Virus record (IMG/VR): IMGVR_UViG_3300028840_008157
Length of the DNA stretch: 64,000 bases
Source of the DNA: a virus
Taxonomy: Duplodnaviria > Heunggongvirae > Uroviricota > Caudoviricetes
Direction: 5' to 3' (one strand)
Below are positions 1-10,598 of this stretch, one piece after another; the stretch's first letter is position 1, and every line of letters begins with the position of its first letter. The notes under the pieces are model-generated. The model was not told the origin of the DNA. It saw nothing but the letters and a program-made list of their open reading frames with translations, and made no database searches. The position numbers were made by a program, and so were the translations under genes.

Positions 1-3000
1 ATCCCGTCCTAGAGCGATCATCCTGGAAAGAAACGTATCCAGCCCCGGAGGCGTCGACGAGGACGTCGCAATTCACGGACTCCCCGCGTCCCCTCGTAAC
101 GCGTTCCGCCGACGAGAAGATCGTCTCGTTCTGGTCGAGCCATGAGGAACAGATGCTCGAGGTCCCGAGGGCATCGTTCTGCCACGCCACCAATGCCTTT
201 TTCCCGTTGGTGGCGATGGATGGGAAGGAATTGTTTCCTCCGACGGCGTCGCTGATGGTCTGGATCGAGGAGACGGACATCGTCTCCTCGCCGGTGACGC
301 GGAAAGTCCTTATCTTCGTATACGAGCCAACCAAGTCTTGGTAGGCCACCAACATCGAGGGGGTCTGATTCGGGATGGCCGGATGCCGGATGACCCTCGG
401 GTTTCTGGCCTCGCTGGAATCGCCGGTGAAGGAACGTTGCGCGCTGACCTCGAGCAACGTGCCAGGGTCGATCACGCATCCGAATATCTCGCTCTTGGTC
501 TCGTCGTTCCTCGCGTCCGACCATGCCAGGAAGATGTTCCCGGATGCCGTTTCGGCCAAATCGGGCTCTTTGGAGTCGAACCTGGCGTTCGTGATTTGAA
601 CAGAATCCTCCGGGACTCCGTAGGCCGGCGAGTAGTTGATCCTTCGTAGGTGGATTTCCTTGTTGGCGGTCTCGTCGTTGTCGTAGGCGACGTACGCGAC
701 GTTCGAGGAGTGAAGCATGATCCTCGGGTTGTAGGAATCCAGCGATTGGGTCGAGATGACGAGCGGCGGCGTCCATTCCGTACGTCCGGTGAAGATGACG
801 AAGCTTAGCGTCCCCTCGTCGGGACCAGCCGATTCGACAGAACCGTCTATGAGCAGGTTGTTATCGTTGAGGACTTCCTTGACCTTGGTCCTCAGCGGGA
901 CAACCGTCTCCTTGTTCCCGTACAGGACGATGATGTCCCCGGCCTGCACGCCGGACGCGACGAATGTCGCGGCGGAAGAGGCAATAAGGTTGGGGCTTGA
1001 CGTAGAGAAAGTACCCGTGCCAGACGACTTGATGTCATCCAGGTCGGGCGCCGTCTTGCTGTACATGATCCTCCACGAACCGCCCTCAGAGTCCTGCCAT
1101 ACGGCGTGTGCGAATCCGGTCGAATCGACGGCTACGTCCGCCCTCTCCTGCTCTCCCGCTACCGACGCCCTAACGTAAAGGGCGTCTTCGGCGTACAGCA
1201 TGCGCCGGAACATCTGATCTCCGTCCGCCTTGGCGAAGACGGCGATGCTTCTGTCCTTCCCTACGATCCGAATGGTCTGGTATTGCTGGGACATGTTGAG
1301 CGGCGCGAAAACGTTCGCGTACTTCAGGCGAATGCCGCCGTTGAAGAACTGGACGATCTCCTGGTATACCCCGTCGTTAACGACGATCGCCGGAGCCTCG
1401 ATGTCATCATCTGGCTCGACGCCCGCTTGCTGGGCCTCAAAGTCGTCCGAGCCGTCCCCGGTGTCTATCCGGGAAACGACGCTCCCCCGCGGGCCGGTCC
1501 CGTCGAAGCTATAGTCGGGCGTGATCTCCTTCCAAAGGGCGAGCACCTCATTGTCGAGGTCGTTGTCCGTGGACGCGAACTTGGACGCTCCAGCGTTGTT
1601 CGACGCGATGTCCTCCAGCATCTCCTTCTTCGTCGGGGACTGGTTAAAGATGCTGGTCCCGATCCCCAGGCAAAATATCTGGGCGTTCGGTCCAGCCGCG
1701 TTTGCCGCCGTTACGATCGGTTCCACGGTGGCGGCGGACGTGTCGGTGCTTCCGTCGCTGACGAGGATGACGACCTTGTCCGATTGCTCGTAATCCTGCC
1801 CGAACGCCGCCGTGAACGCCCCGGTCAGGTTGGCTCCTTCCTGGGCGTAAAGAGCGTCGACGAACTCGCTCGCGGATGATATCTCGTATCTCGTTGAGTC
1901 GACGAGCCCTTCTGACCAGGGCGTATTGACCCCCGAGAAGGATATGACGTTGAACCGGTCGTTGGGCCCCATGTTCATGAGCATGAGGTCAAGGGCCCGC
2001 TTGGCCATCTCGGACTTGTCCGGCGTCATCGTTTCGCCGAAGTAGGACAGGAACACGTAATCCTTGCCCGTCCTGACGGGGGCGTCGATGCCGACCGACC
2101 CGTCGTCAACGACCTTCACGCGAGCCTCGACGGTCCATCCCCTCGCGTTGCTGGTTTGCGTTATCCACGCGTCGTCCCGGCGCCGCTGGACGTACTTGTG
2201 GAAACGACCTCCGGTTTCCCGCCGCGTATCTATGTTGAGCGCGTCGCCGAACATGGAAGCGCAACTAGAGGAACAGCTCGTTTCCAACTGCCATCCCTGG
2301 TCCTCTGGTGGCAGGTTGTTCTTCGTGACGACCTCGAACGGCGCGGCCTTGCTCCCGAGGATGTACTGTAATCCGCTGTCCGTCCCCACGAGCTTGCCCG
2401 TCGTTCCGAAAACGCTACCTTGCCGGTTGGGGTCCGCGAGGACGGACGTGGCCATGGACTTCGTGACGGCGAGGACGGCCCGCGTCTCTGGCGGATCGCT
2501 TTCCTCGTACTTGTAGACGGTCGAGGAATGGAGCGGGTCGGACGGGTCGTAGGACATGTAAAGCGCGTCGTCATACGCCCTCATCGTCCCTATCGAACCC
2601 GAGGGGAACATGGCGACTTCCTCGAACAACGACGTCGTGTCCGACGTCGGAGCGATCGCGCCCGCTATGCTATACCTGAACGAGTCCCACGTGGACCCGA
2701 TGGACTGCTCGCGGCCCGCTATGTCCCCAAACTCGACGATCCTCTCCGAGGTGGTCCTCGAGAACTTGCCTGTCCCGTCTATGGCCAGGACGCCGTCGAT
2801 GTACAGCTTTACGTCCTTCCCTCGTCCGGTAACCCTGTAGGTATGCGGCTTCGTGCCGTCAAACGGATCATCCGGCGTGCCTTCGTACTCGAGTGGCTCG
2901 TCGACCAGCAGCTCTACCTTGTCCTCGTGTACTCGGACGTAGCCATACGACGCGCCGTCGTAGAACCGGAAGCCCTGAAATTCATCCGAAGAACACGTCG

Positions 3001-3208
3001 TGATGGACGCCACGGCGGCTTCCCCGGCGGCCTCCCCGGCGGCCTCGGCGACGTCCTGGGCCTGACCGGTCGTCTGTTCCTGGGTTTCCTCCTCGGCTTG
3101 CGTGGCCTGCGTCGTTACCGTGGTCGACGCGGTCGTCCCCGACTGCCCGGTGTTGTAAACCCAGGAATCATCGCCTTGGCGGATCCATTCAGTGCTCGCG
3201 TTCGCCAT
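1..3208 (-). CDS. Partial (C-terminal >1069 aa) giant surface/fibre protein with VWA domain and beta-propeller (BNR/sialidase-like W-x-D-x-R-x-G..IY) repeats; N-terminus lies beyond window start
   Basis: Manual translation of minus frame from ATG at 3206-3208 (right after TGA of upstream gene) runs uninterrupted to position 1; VWA-like motifs (DRFNVISFSG...VILVSDGSTD); repeated VAYVAYDND/IFLAWSDARNDE propeller blades; not in ORF track because no in-window stop. Confidence 0.6.
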   Translation of the reverse strand, partial: MANASTEWIRQGDDSWVYNTGQSGTTASTTVTTQATQAEEETQEQTTGQAQDVAEAAGEAAGEAAVASITTCSSDEFQGFRFYDGASYGYVRVHEDKVELLVDEPLEYEGTPDDPFDGTKPHTYRVTGRGKDVKLYIDGVLAIDGTGKFSRTTSERIVEFGDIAGREQSIGSTWDSFRYSIAGAIAPTSDTTSLFEEVAMFPSGSIGTMRAYDDALYMSYDPSDPLHSSTVYKYEESDPPETRAVLAVTKSMATSVLADPNRQGSVFGTTGKLVGTDSGLQYILGSKAAPFEVVTKNNLPPEDQGWQLETSCSSSCASMFGDALNIDTRRETGGRFHKYVQRRRDDAWITQTSNARGWTVEARVKVVDDGSVGIDAPVRTGKDYVFLSYFGETMTPDKSEMAKRALDLMLMNMGPNDRFNVISFSGVNTPWSEGLVDSTRYEISSASEFVDALYAQEGANLTGAFTAAFGQDYEQSDKVVILVSDGSTDTSAATVEPIVTAANAAGPNAQIFCLGIGTSIFNQSPTKKEMLEDIASNNAGASKFASTDNDLDNEVLALWKEITPDYSFDGTGPRGSVVSRIDTGDGSDDFEAQQAGVEPDDDIEAPAIVVNDGVYQEIVQFFNGGIRLKYANVFAPLNMSQQYQTIRIVGKDRSIAVFAKADGDQMFRRMLYAEDALYVRASVAGEQERADVAVDSTGFAHAVWQDSEGGSWRIMYSKTAPDLDDIKSSGTGTFSTSSPNLIASSAATFVASGVQAGDIIVLYGNKETVVPLRTKVKEVLNDNNLLIDGSVESAGPDEGTLSFVIFTGRTEWTPPLVISTQSLDSYNPRIMLHSSNVAYVAYDNDETANKEIHLRRINYSPAYGVPEDSVQITNARFDSKEPDLAETASGNIFLAWSDARNDETKSEIFGCVIDPGTLLEVSAQRSFTGDSSEARNPRVIRHPAIPNQTPSMLVAYQDLVGSYTKIRTFRVTGEETMSVSSIQTISDAVGGNNSFPSIATNGKKALVAWQNDALGTSSICSSWLDQNETIFSSAERVTRGRGESVNCDVLVDASGAGYVSFQDDRSRTG

Positions 3209-3211
3209 GCG

Positions 3212-6200
3212 TCATTCCTTGACAAGCTGGAAGGTGGTCTCGATGGTCCACCCGTTTGCGTTTGATACCTTGGACGCCCACGCCGAGCCATCCATCGTGA
3301 AGCGAGTCGTGTACCAGTCGCTCCACGCCGCCCCGTCGTTCACCTTGACGGACGCGTAGTAGGTTCGCCCTTCCTCGAGCCGGGCTCCGTACGACAGCGT
3401 TTCCTTTGGGATGAAGACCAGCTTGGAGACGCGGGCCAGGGCTCCGCCTTGGGACGTCCCTGAAATCCTGACGACGTCGCCCCTGTTGATTTGTACGGAG
3501 CGAGCGATCCTGATCCTGCTCGCGGCCCCCTTCTCGTACGTGAAATTCATTATGGCCGCGTCATCGGCGTACAGAACGAGGCTCGGAGATCCGGTCATTT
3601 CGGTAACGTAATGCAACTCCACGTCGTAACTGGACGACGACGGGAACTGGAAGGCGTAGCTGGCCGTACCGGCCAGCCCGCTCAGGACAATGCTTCCGTC
3701 CGCTTGGCTGACGTAACCAGACAACTCGTCGAACTCGGAGCATCTCACCTCGAATCTCGTCTTTGGGGCAAGCGACAACTTGACGAACGAACCGCTCGCC
3801 TTCTCGTCGACGGGCGTCGCGGTCAAGGAGATCGTAGATCCCGAATCGAGGCGCGCGGACTTCAATAACTGAGTGGCCGCTCCGCTTGCGCGCGGGGATT
3901 GGAACTCGTCGATTTTGATGCCGTCAACGAACATGGCGTATCGGCAAGCCTTCTTGTCCATGTTGTAGGACAACTCGAAGGAGAATGTCCCCGATTCCCC
4001 TGAGTAGGAGAAGTTGATCTCGCCCCTGTTGGAACCGCTGACCAGGGTCATTTCCGAGCCGTCCGTCGATAGGACGTACCCCGTCGACGAGGACACGTCC
4101 GACGGGAGCAGGTTCATCATCGGCTTGTCGTCCTCGGTCAAGTACTTGTAGCTCGAGGCGGAGGACGCGACTGACCCGGAATCGAAGACGTCGTTGCCGG
4201 CCAGGACGGTTCCCGCTCCGGAAGCCGTCGACACGATCCCATTGACGAGGAATTGGCTGCTCGGAAGCAACGCGTTTTGAGCCCCCGATGTCCTGAGCGG
4301 CTCGGTCCCGATCGCCAGGTGATAACGGCTTTGATCGTCCTCATCCTCGTCGACGTATCGCCACTTGATCAGCGGGTTGGGGTTCGAGACGTCCTTAGGG
4401 GAGACGCTCCCTTCTACCAGCATGAGGTCAATGGAAGGAGGCGTGTTGAGCACCGTCACGCTGGACGATGTTTCGATCTCGCCGACAGAGTAGTCGTCAT
4501 ACGGCTGGACGGTGAAATGCCAGACGTCCCCCTTGGCCAGGTACGACGACGGGACGAGGGCGGAGTTCCGCAACGCGGGTTGCTCCACGCCAGACTTATA
4601 CCATTTCAGGATGGCGGTTACCGGGTCTCCATCGGGGTCGTCAAGCAGGAAGATGGCCCTTAGGTCATCGTCCTTTCTCGGGTTCTCCGGCAACAACCCG
4701 ATGATGGTCGCCGTCGGGACGCGGTTATAGATGGTCACCGAGGACGACGGGTAGGTAGACCCGTACTCGACGCCGTCGTGCGGCCTGACCGTGAAATACC
4801 ACGAGTCATTGGGGACCGTATACGCGCTGGAAATGGTCCTCTGGTTCCTGAGTCCTGATTGCTCGACGCCGTTTCTGTACCACCTGACCTCGGTCTTGTC
4901 GCTCTCGGTTCCTTCCTCGTCGACGAACGTGTAGTCGGCCGTCAAGTCGTCGCTGGTATAGGGCTCCGTCGGAAGAACCCTGACGTTGGTCGCCGTCGGA
5001 GGCGAGTTGAGCCTGAAGTACCCGGTGTTCCATTCGGAGGCCGACCCATAGACGTCGTATCCTCTGACCTGGAAGTAATACTTGACGCCGTCCTGAAGGG
5101 GTCCGTAAACGCATGCTTCCTCGCGATAGGTATATTGGTGCGCCTCAGGCGTGATTCTCGTACCCGTCGCGTCGACGTTCCCGATGAAGGAGTCCGTCCC
5201 GAGATCGGTCGAATGATCCGCGATCCTGACCTCGTAGCCCGCGAGTTGGTCGCCATCGACGTCGGAATGCTGCCACGTCAGGGTAGGTAGCGGGTCGTTC
5301 AGGTCAAGCGGGTTGCGCCTGGAGTCGACGAGCACGTTGCTCAGGACCGGTATGCCGGAGAAGAAGAACCACGACGTGCCGATCCCGGACATCTCCTCGT
5401 TATGGAAGGTGTCGTAAACCCTGACATGGACGTAAAGCATGACGTGTGGCGTCAGCGCCCTCCCCGTCCCGTCATAGTTGTAGACGATCGAAGTCGCCGA
5501 CGAGTGAACCTCTCCCGAGTCCCATAGGACGTCGGAGAACGAGGGATCGGCGGCAACCCGTACGTGGAATATCTCCTGCGGCTGCCCGTCGACGTCCGCA
5601 TACGTCCAGGAGATCGCCGGGGTCGCGACGGGGACGACGGAGCCGGGCGCCTGTCCGTTGACGAGGACGTTGGTACAGGTCGGGGACGTGTTGACCGTGG
5701 CCGACCCCGACGCCGTCACCATGGTCCTGGCCGGCTCGGGCGGGTAGTCTATGGCGAACGGGTCGACCTTCTGTCCGTCCGTTACCTCGATGGTCCAATG
5801 GAAGGTCGTACCCTCGGCGAGAGTGACGGGTATCCTGTAGCTGAAGTCAACCGGCCCAACGGGAGGAGAGCCGTCCATGTTCGCGTTGAGGACCGCGACG
5901 TCGGCGGCGTCGATGACGCCGTCCTTGTTCAGGTCGTACGCCTCGTCGAAGGACGGGTCGGTAGTGATGATTCCTGGGTATCCGGGCAACGACGTGATGA
6001 TCGAGACGTCGTCGCTGGTAACGACGCCATCCCCGTCCAGGTCGAGCCCCTGGGGAAGGAAAACATATTCGCTGTCGAACAAGTCCCCGAGTCCGGCCGC
6101 CGTGCCCAGCTTGACCCTGTACTTCCAGGGCTCGTCCTCGTCCGCGTCGACGAACTTCCAGGCGACGAGCGGGGACTCGTAACACAACCCATAGGCGTCC

Positions 6201-6514
6201 GAGACGACCCTCGCGGACTCGATGGTCGGCAGGTTGTTGGACAACGAGACGGGGTTGGAGAAAACACCGTCTATCTCGAAATCCACCTGTCCGTTCGAGT
6301 CGGCGGCGGTGAAATGGGCGTCGGCGGTATCGCTGGTGTTGACCTTGAGCATGGAGGCGTCGTCGGTCGATCCAGACTTGATGACGATGCCGTTCTTGCG
6401 CCAGTTAATCGTCTTCCCAGACGGCATGTAGGGAGGCGTCGGGACGTCGGTCGAGCGCGCCTCCAGGACTAGCTTGTGGTTGGGCGTCCCCGTCGGGACG
6501 ATGTAATAAGCCAT
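3212..6514 (-). CDS. Giant (1100 aa) fibrous/surface protein with tandem FN3-like domains and dockerin-like Ca-binding motif (DLNKDGVIDAADV)
   Basis: Long ORF, ATG verified at 6512-6514 directly after stop of upstream gene; repeated domain pattern P..T.V.V.P......DDL...Y...D.DGD. Confidence 0.75.
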   Translation of the reverse strand: MAYYIVPTGTPNHKLVLEARSTDVPTPPYMPSGKTINWRKNGIVIKSGSTDDASMLKVNTSDTADAHFTAADSNGQVDFEIDGVFSNPVSLSNNLPTIESARVVSDAYGLCYESPLVAWKFVDADEDEPWKYRVKLGTAAGLGDLFDSEYVFLPQGLDLDGDGVVTSDDVSIITSLPGYPGIITTDPSFDEAYDLNKDGVIDAADVAVLNANMDGSPPVGPVDFSYRIPVTLAEGTTFHWTIEVTDGQKVDPFAIDYPPEPARTMVTASGSATVNTSPTCTNVLVNGQAPGSVVPVATPAISWTYADVDGQPQEIFHVRVAADPSFSDVLWDSGEVHSSATSIVYNYDGTGRALTPHVMLYVHVRVYDTFHNEEMSGIGTSWFFFSGIPVLSNVLVDSRRNPLDLNDPLPTLTWQHSDVDGDQLAGYEVRIADHSTDLGTDSFIGNVDATGTRITPEAHQYTYREEACVYGPLQDGVKYYFQVRGYDVYGSASEWNTGYFRLNSPPTATNVRVLPTEPYTSDDLTADYTFVDEEGTESDKTEVRWYRNGVEQSGLRNQRTISSAYTVPNDSWYFTVRPHDGVEYGSTYPSSSVTIYNRVPTATIIGLLPENPRKDDDLRAIFLLDDPDGDPVTAILKWYKSGVEQPALRNSALVPSSYLAKGDVWHFTVQPYDDYSVGEIETSSSVTVLNTPPSIDLMLVEGSVSPKDVSNPNPLIKWRYVDEDEDDQSRYHLAIGTEPLRTSGAQNALLPSSQFLVNGIVSTASGAGTVLAGNDVFDSGSVASSASSYKYLTEDDKPMMNLLPSDVSSSTGYVLSTDGSEMTLVSGSNRGEINFSYSGESGTFSFELSYNMDKKACRYAMFVDGIKIDEFQSPRASGAATQLLKSARLDSGSTISLTATPVDEKASGSFVKLSLAPKTRFEVRCSEFDELSGYVSQADGSIVLSGLAGTASYAFQFPSSSSYDVELHYVTEMTGSPSLVLYADDAAIMNFTYEKGAASRIRIARSVQINRGDVVRISGTSQGGALARVSKLVFIPKETLSYGARLEEGRTYYASVKVNDGAAWSDWYTTRFTMDGSAWASKVSNANGWTIETTFQLVKE

Positions 6515-6517
6515 TCC

Positions 6518-8950
6518 TTAGTCCTTGGTCTGCCGCAGTATGAACGTCGACCCGGTCTTCGGCGCGATGTACATCTTGCCGTCCTTGACCGTCACCGACG
6601 GATTTCCCTCGGAGAAGGCCTCAAACTCCGTCGGAGGCCCATACGTCCATGGTTGCTCCAGGGTCCAGTTCCTCCCCACTATCTTGCGAAGTCTTCCGTC
6701 TATGGTCGAGACGTATCGAATGCCGTTGAGCGTCTCGAAGTCCGTGGCCGCCGCCGAGTTGTCGAGTTGGAACTCGTCCGAGTACTTGTACGAACCGGTC
6801 GAGCCGTTCTGGTCGATGGCCTGCATCCTTAGCTGTACGGTTCCATTGTCGTAGTCCCCGGCCTCTATGACCGCCCTCGTGTTTCCCGCCGGAACGGTAT
6901 CCACGATCGTCCAGCTAGATCCCCCGTCGAGCGTTATCCAAATCCTGTATAGTACGGCGTCCCCGTCCACGTCGACTGGATCCGCCTCCTGCCATTCGGC
7001 GACGATGCGATGAGCCGAGGTGCTTCCTGACGCGGGCGCGACGAATGTCGGCGTCGTGGGCGCGTGATCCTCGACCCCGAATCTGGGCGACGTTCCTCCG
7101 TTGGAGGGGTCGGACGTGGCGATGCCGTCCGTCGCGATGATCCGGATCGCGTAATCGTCCCCGGAGGGCCGTTGCGCGAGGCTGATCTCCCAGCTCGTCG
7201 TGCCCTCCGGTATGGGGCCGGCTACCTGCGTCCAGCCTTTGTCCTCGCTGAAGTTGTCGGTCATCTCGATGACGTAGCTGACCTCGTCGGAATCGTCGTC
7301 TGGCGGGACGGCCTCTGTCCAAGTAACGGTCAGCGTCCCGGCATACGTCCCCGAGCTCGGCGACGATAGGGTCGGGTCTCCGGGGGGATTATTGACGTAG
7401 AACGAGCCGTAGCCATCCACGTCGAAGCTGGACCACGAGACTCCATCGTAGACCTGAACGCGGAAGTAATACTTCTGGTGCGTCAGCGCCACGGGTGCCA
7501 CGATGGGGCTCGGGACCGCCGTCCCGTAAACGACGTTATCGGTCGCCCCGGTGACCTGTCCGGTATCCCAGACGAGGTTCTGGAAGGAAGAGTCCGTGGC
7601 GACTTGGATCCTGTATTTCTGTTGCGTATCGTCAGCGTCGTCGTCCCGGAACGTCCACTTGATCGTGGGAGTTGCGGTCGTGACATCCGACGGGTTGACC
7701 TCGTCCTCGACCTTCAGGCTCGTCGCTCTCGGCCTGGCGTTGGAGATGATCCTGCCCGTCGAAACGATCCCGTACTCGATGTCGTCCTTGACGGAAAACG
7801 TTACCGTGTAACTCCCCGGTGGGATGAGGGGAATCGTAAAGGAGGACGCCGCCGTACTGTTCTCGTACGTTATGGGCGACCCGGAGGACGGCGTCAGGAC
7901 GAGCCGGTAGGCCGTCTGCGCGGCTCCCTCCGGATCGACGTAGTTCCATTCCACCAGGACGTCCTGGCTTCCTATCGTCTGCTCGATGCCCGTCAACAAC
8001 TCCTCGCCGCCCATCTCCAGCGAGTTGACATGCGCCAAGGCGTTGAACCGGAAGTAATTGAGGGGGCTCCACGACGTGACGCCGTCCCCGTAGGGGTATT
8101 CGTCGTCCGCCCGAACGCGCCACGCGTACTGGACGTTGGAGGTCTTGCTGCCGTCGTACGTAATGGAGAAGTCCCTGCCGCCGACGATCCTCCCGAGCTC
8201 GGCGCTGAACTCCTTCTCTAGCATGAACCCTGACGGCGTCATGATCCCGGACTCGATCCAGTAGTTCAAGGCCGGCCCGTCGTCATCGTCGACGCGGAAC
8301 ATGAACAGGGCCGTCCCTTCGTGTACGAGCTTGGGGCTGGCCTCCCCGTTGGTGGAGACGTCGGAGACGACTGGTATCTCGTTGACGACGCCGTCGAGCG
8401 TTGCCCATCCGCTAGAAGACGAATTCGCCACGTACTGGGGGCATTGGTAATGGTCCCAGCGACCCGTCTGCTGCTGCCAATACTCCCACCTATGATTGGA
8501 CGTTATCGTCACGCGCAGGGAGAACGTGTACTCCTTCTCGGACTCCAGCACGGACGTAGGCAAGTCGATGAACAGCTCGGTCCCGACGGCCGCGTTGTAC
8601 GCGTCCCAGTCGGCGTAGCTGCTGATCGCGGACGACGAGTAGACGAGCGCCATGCCCTCGTAGATCATGAGCTCGGCCAGCGCCTCGGTGCCGTCGTGGA
8701 AGTAATAGACGCGCTTGCCGTCGACGGTACAAGAATACACGAGCGTCCCGCCGCTAGGCGACGATGTGCCGTCGATGATGGTACAGGAAGCGGGCCATGC
8801 CGGCGTCCCGCTTCCAGGATATACGCAGTCCGTAGACGATATGACCGGGAATGGCGTATCGGTATCGGAAAGGACGGGCAACGTGTAGCCTATCCTGGCC
8901 GAATACGTCGGCGAGTACTGCCGCGTCAGGGTTAGGGTCGGGTCAGCCAT
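6518..8950 (-). CDS. Large (810 aa) fibre/surface protein with FN3-like repeats
   Basis: Long ORF, ATG at 8948-8950 abutting upstream stop; repeated beta-sandwich-like segments. Confidence 0.75.
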   Translation of the reverse strand: MADPTLTLTRQYSPTYSARIGYTLPVLSDTDTPFPVISSTDCVYPGSGTPAWPASCTIIDGTSSPSGGTLVYSCTVDGKRVYYFHDGTEALAELMIYEGMALVYSSSAISSYADWDAYNAAVGTELFIDLPTSVLESEKEYTFSLRVTITSNHRWEYWQQQTGRWDHYQCPQYVANSSSSGWATLDGVVNEIPVVSDVSTNGEASPKLVHEGTALFMFRVDDDDGPALNYWIESGIMTPSGFMLEKEFSAELGRIVGGRDFSITYDGSKTSNVQYAWRVRADDEYPYGDGVTSWSPLNYFRFNALAHVNSLEMGGEELLTGIEQTIGSQDVLVEWNYVDPEGAAQTAYRLVLTPSSGSPITYENSTAASSFTIPLIPPGSYTVTFSVKDDIEYGIVSTGRIISNARPRATSLKVEDEVNPSDVTTATPTIKWTFRDDDADDTQQKYRIQVATDSSFQNLVWDTGQVTGATDNVVYGTAVPSPIVAPVALTHQKYYFRVQVYDGVSWSSFDVDGYGSFYVNNPPGDPTLSSPSSGTYAGTLTVTWTEAVPPDDDSDEVSYVIEMTDNFSEDKGWTQVAGPIPEGTTSWEISLAQRPSGDDYAIRIIATDGIATSDPSNGGTSPRFGVEDHAPTTPTFVAPASGSTSAHRIVAEWQEADPVDVDGDAVLYRIWITLDGGSSWTIVDTVPAGNTRAVIEAGDYDNGTVQLRMQAIDQNGSTGSYKYSDEFQLDNSAAATDFETLNGIRYVSTIDGRLRKIVGRNWTLEQPWTYGPPTEFEAFSEGNPSVTVKDGKMYIAPKTGSTFILRQTKD

Positions 8951-10597
8951 TTATAGCGCCGTCCTGGTCCAAGTGGTCCCGTTGAACACGTAATAAGCGC
9001 CCCCCGCAGACAAGGCCGCGTACAACAACGTCCCATCGTTCCTGATCCTCGTCACGGGATATCCGGTCGAGAGGACCACCGTCGTCGAGGTCCCGTTGAG
9101 AGAGATGATCCTCCCGTCTCGCAACCCCATGTATATCAAGCCATTATACGTCGCCATGGCCATCACTTCCCCATTGACCGTGGCGACTTCCTGGACGTTC
9201 CCGTCGTACCGGTAGACAATGCTGCTCGGTGCGTCGTAAGCGGCCACGTACAGGAAGCTATTCAAGGCCGTCATGGCGAGTAGCCTGTCCTCGTCGAAAT
9301 CATGCGCCTGCCTGACGAGCGCCTTGTATTCCATGAGGTTCCCGTTCGCGTCGAACGAGGCGTAGAGCTTGTCGCCGTAAACCTCAATGTCGGTGACGTC
9401 CCCTTCCTCGCAGAGTACGCGACTGATGATCTCGCAGTCGCAGGCTTCGGTCACGTTTCCGGCGTAATCCCGGAACTGGACGAGGACGCGCTTGATGCCG
9501 TCCCCGGCGGACAAGTCCCAGAACTTCTGCGGAACGTACGTATCCCAATCCGACCAACATTCCTCTCCGTGGTTCTTGAACCTCATGTCCTTGATGCCGC
9601 TGGTCGCGTCCGTCGCGTTCATCCGGATGCGGACGCGCCTCTCCGTCGTGAAGGCGTCTCCCTCGTTGATCTCTATCGAACCGACCGGCGCGAGCGTGTC
9701 GATGACGAAGGTGCCCTGGTGCTCGATCCTCAGGCGCCCGACCTCGGCCGGCGTCCCGTACTCGCCCAGCTCGTCATAAGGCGTCACCCGAACGCCGTAA
9801 TCATCGCCCTCCGGGAAGTTCGTCACGTCGATGACGTGGGAAACCGTTCCTTCGGAGAGGCTCGTGGCGTTCGGGATGTTGGCCCATCCCTGGTCGGACG
9901 TGTAGAGGGGCGTTATCTGGACCAGGTAGCTGACCCGATGGCCGTCGACGTCCCTCGGCGTGGCCTCGCGCCAGACCACCGTCAACGTGTTGTCAAACAA
10001 CTCGCCGGACAAGGGAGCGATGAGCCGTACCTGCGATGGAGCGTGGTTGGCCACCACGAATGGCGTTTTGTTCGACGACCATTCGCTGAACAAGTTCCTC
10101 TGGTCACGCGCCCTGAGCCTGATGCCGCCATCCTCGGTCATGGGCACCGTGGAGAAATCGAAGTCGTACGACGTGGTCCCCTGCGGTATGCCGGAGGCGA
10201 TGGTCCTCCATCCTCGATCGTCGGAGAAGCTGTCCGTGAACTGTATCTCGTAGGTTACCGTCCCCCAGCAAGCCTGGTCCCTGGGAAGAGATTCCCTCCA
10301 AATGACCGTGACGACGCCGGACAACGAGGTCGAGGTCGTCGGGTACGTTAGCGTCGGCCTGAAGGGAAGGAATGTTGGCTCCTGTAGGTTGCAGGAGAAC
10401 CCCGAGAACCCCGAGAACCCCGAGAACCCGGAGAAGGCGCTTATGCCGGAGAAACCCATGATTTCGATGCCGACGTCGCCAGCCCTGCTGGAGAAGCCGG
10501 AGTAGTCGTAATAACCCCAGCCGTTATCGTCGAACACGTTACGGGGGGTCACGGCCCCGAACGGCGACGCTAGGTTCTTTTCCCCGAAGGCTGCCAT
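8951..10597 (-). CDS. 548 aa structural protein with N-terminal (Gly-Phe-Ser)n tract
   Basis: Long ORF; N-term MGFSGISAFSGFSGFSGFSGFS encoded by 9-bp tandem repeat; ATG at 10595-10597. Confidence 0.7.
   Translation of the reverse strand: MAAFGEKNLASPFGAVTPRNVFDDNGWGYYDYSGFSSRAGDVGIEIMGFSGISAFSGFSGFSGFSGFSCNLQEPTFLPFRPTLTYPTTSTSLSGVVTVIWRESLPRDQACWGTVTYEIQFTDSFSDDRGWRTIASGIPQGTTSYDFDFSTVPMTEDGGIRLRARDQRNLFSEWSSNKTPFVVANHAPSQVRLIAPLSGELFDNTLTVVWREATPRDVDGHRVSYLVQITPLYTSDQGWANIPNATSLSEGTVSHVIDVTNFPEGDDYGVRVTPYDELGEYGTPAEVGRLRIEHQGTFVIDTLAPVGSIEINEGDAFTTERRVRIRMNATDATSGIKDMRFKNHGEECWSDWDTYVPQKFWDLSAGDGIKRVLVQFRDYAGNVTEACDCEIISRVLCEEGDVTDIEVYGDKLYASFDANGNLMEYKALVRQAHDFDEDRLLAMTALNSFLYVAAYDAPSSIVYRYDGNVQEVATVNGEVMAMATYNGLIYMGLRDGRIISLNGTSTTVVLSTGYPVTRIRNDGTLLYAALSAGGAYYVFNGTTWTRTAL
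10395..10434 (-). repeat. 9-bp tandem repeat (GAGAACCCC x3-4) encoding (Phe-Ser-Gly)n inside 8951..10597
   Basis: Read directly: gagaaccccgagaaccccgagaaccccgagaacccg. Confidence 0.8.
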
Positions 10598-10598
10598 C

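Noticed and set aside
18-3265. Track ORFs 18..776(-), 1106..1879(+), 2420..3265(+) and other 60-280 aa ORFs in the first 3.2 kb
   Set aside because: They are Arg/Pro-rich alternative or antisense frames typical of high-GC DNA. The real coding frame is the minus-strand partial giant gene 1..3208, which has VWA and propeller motifs.
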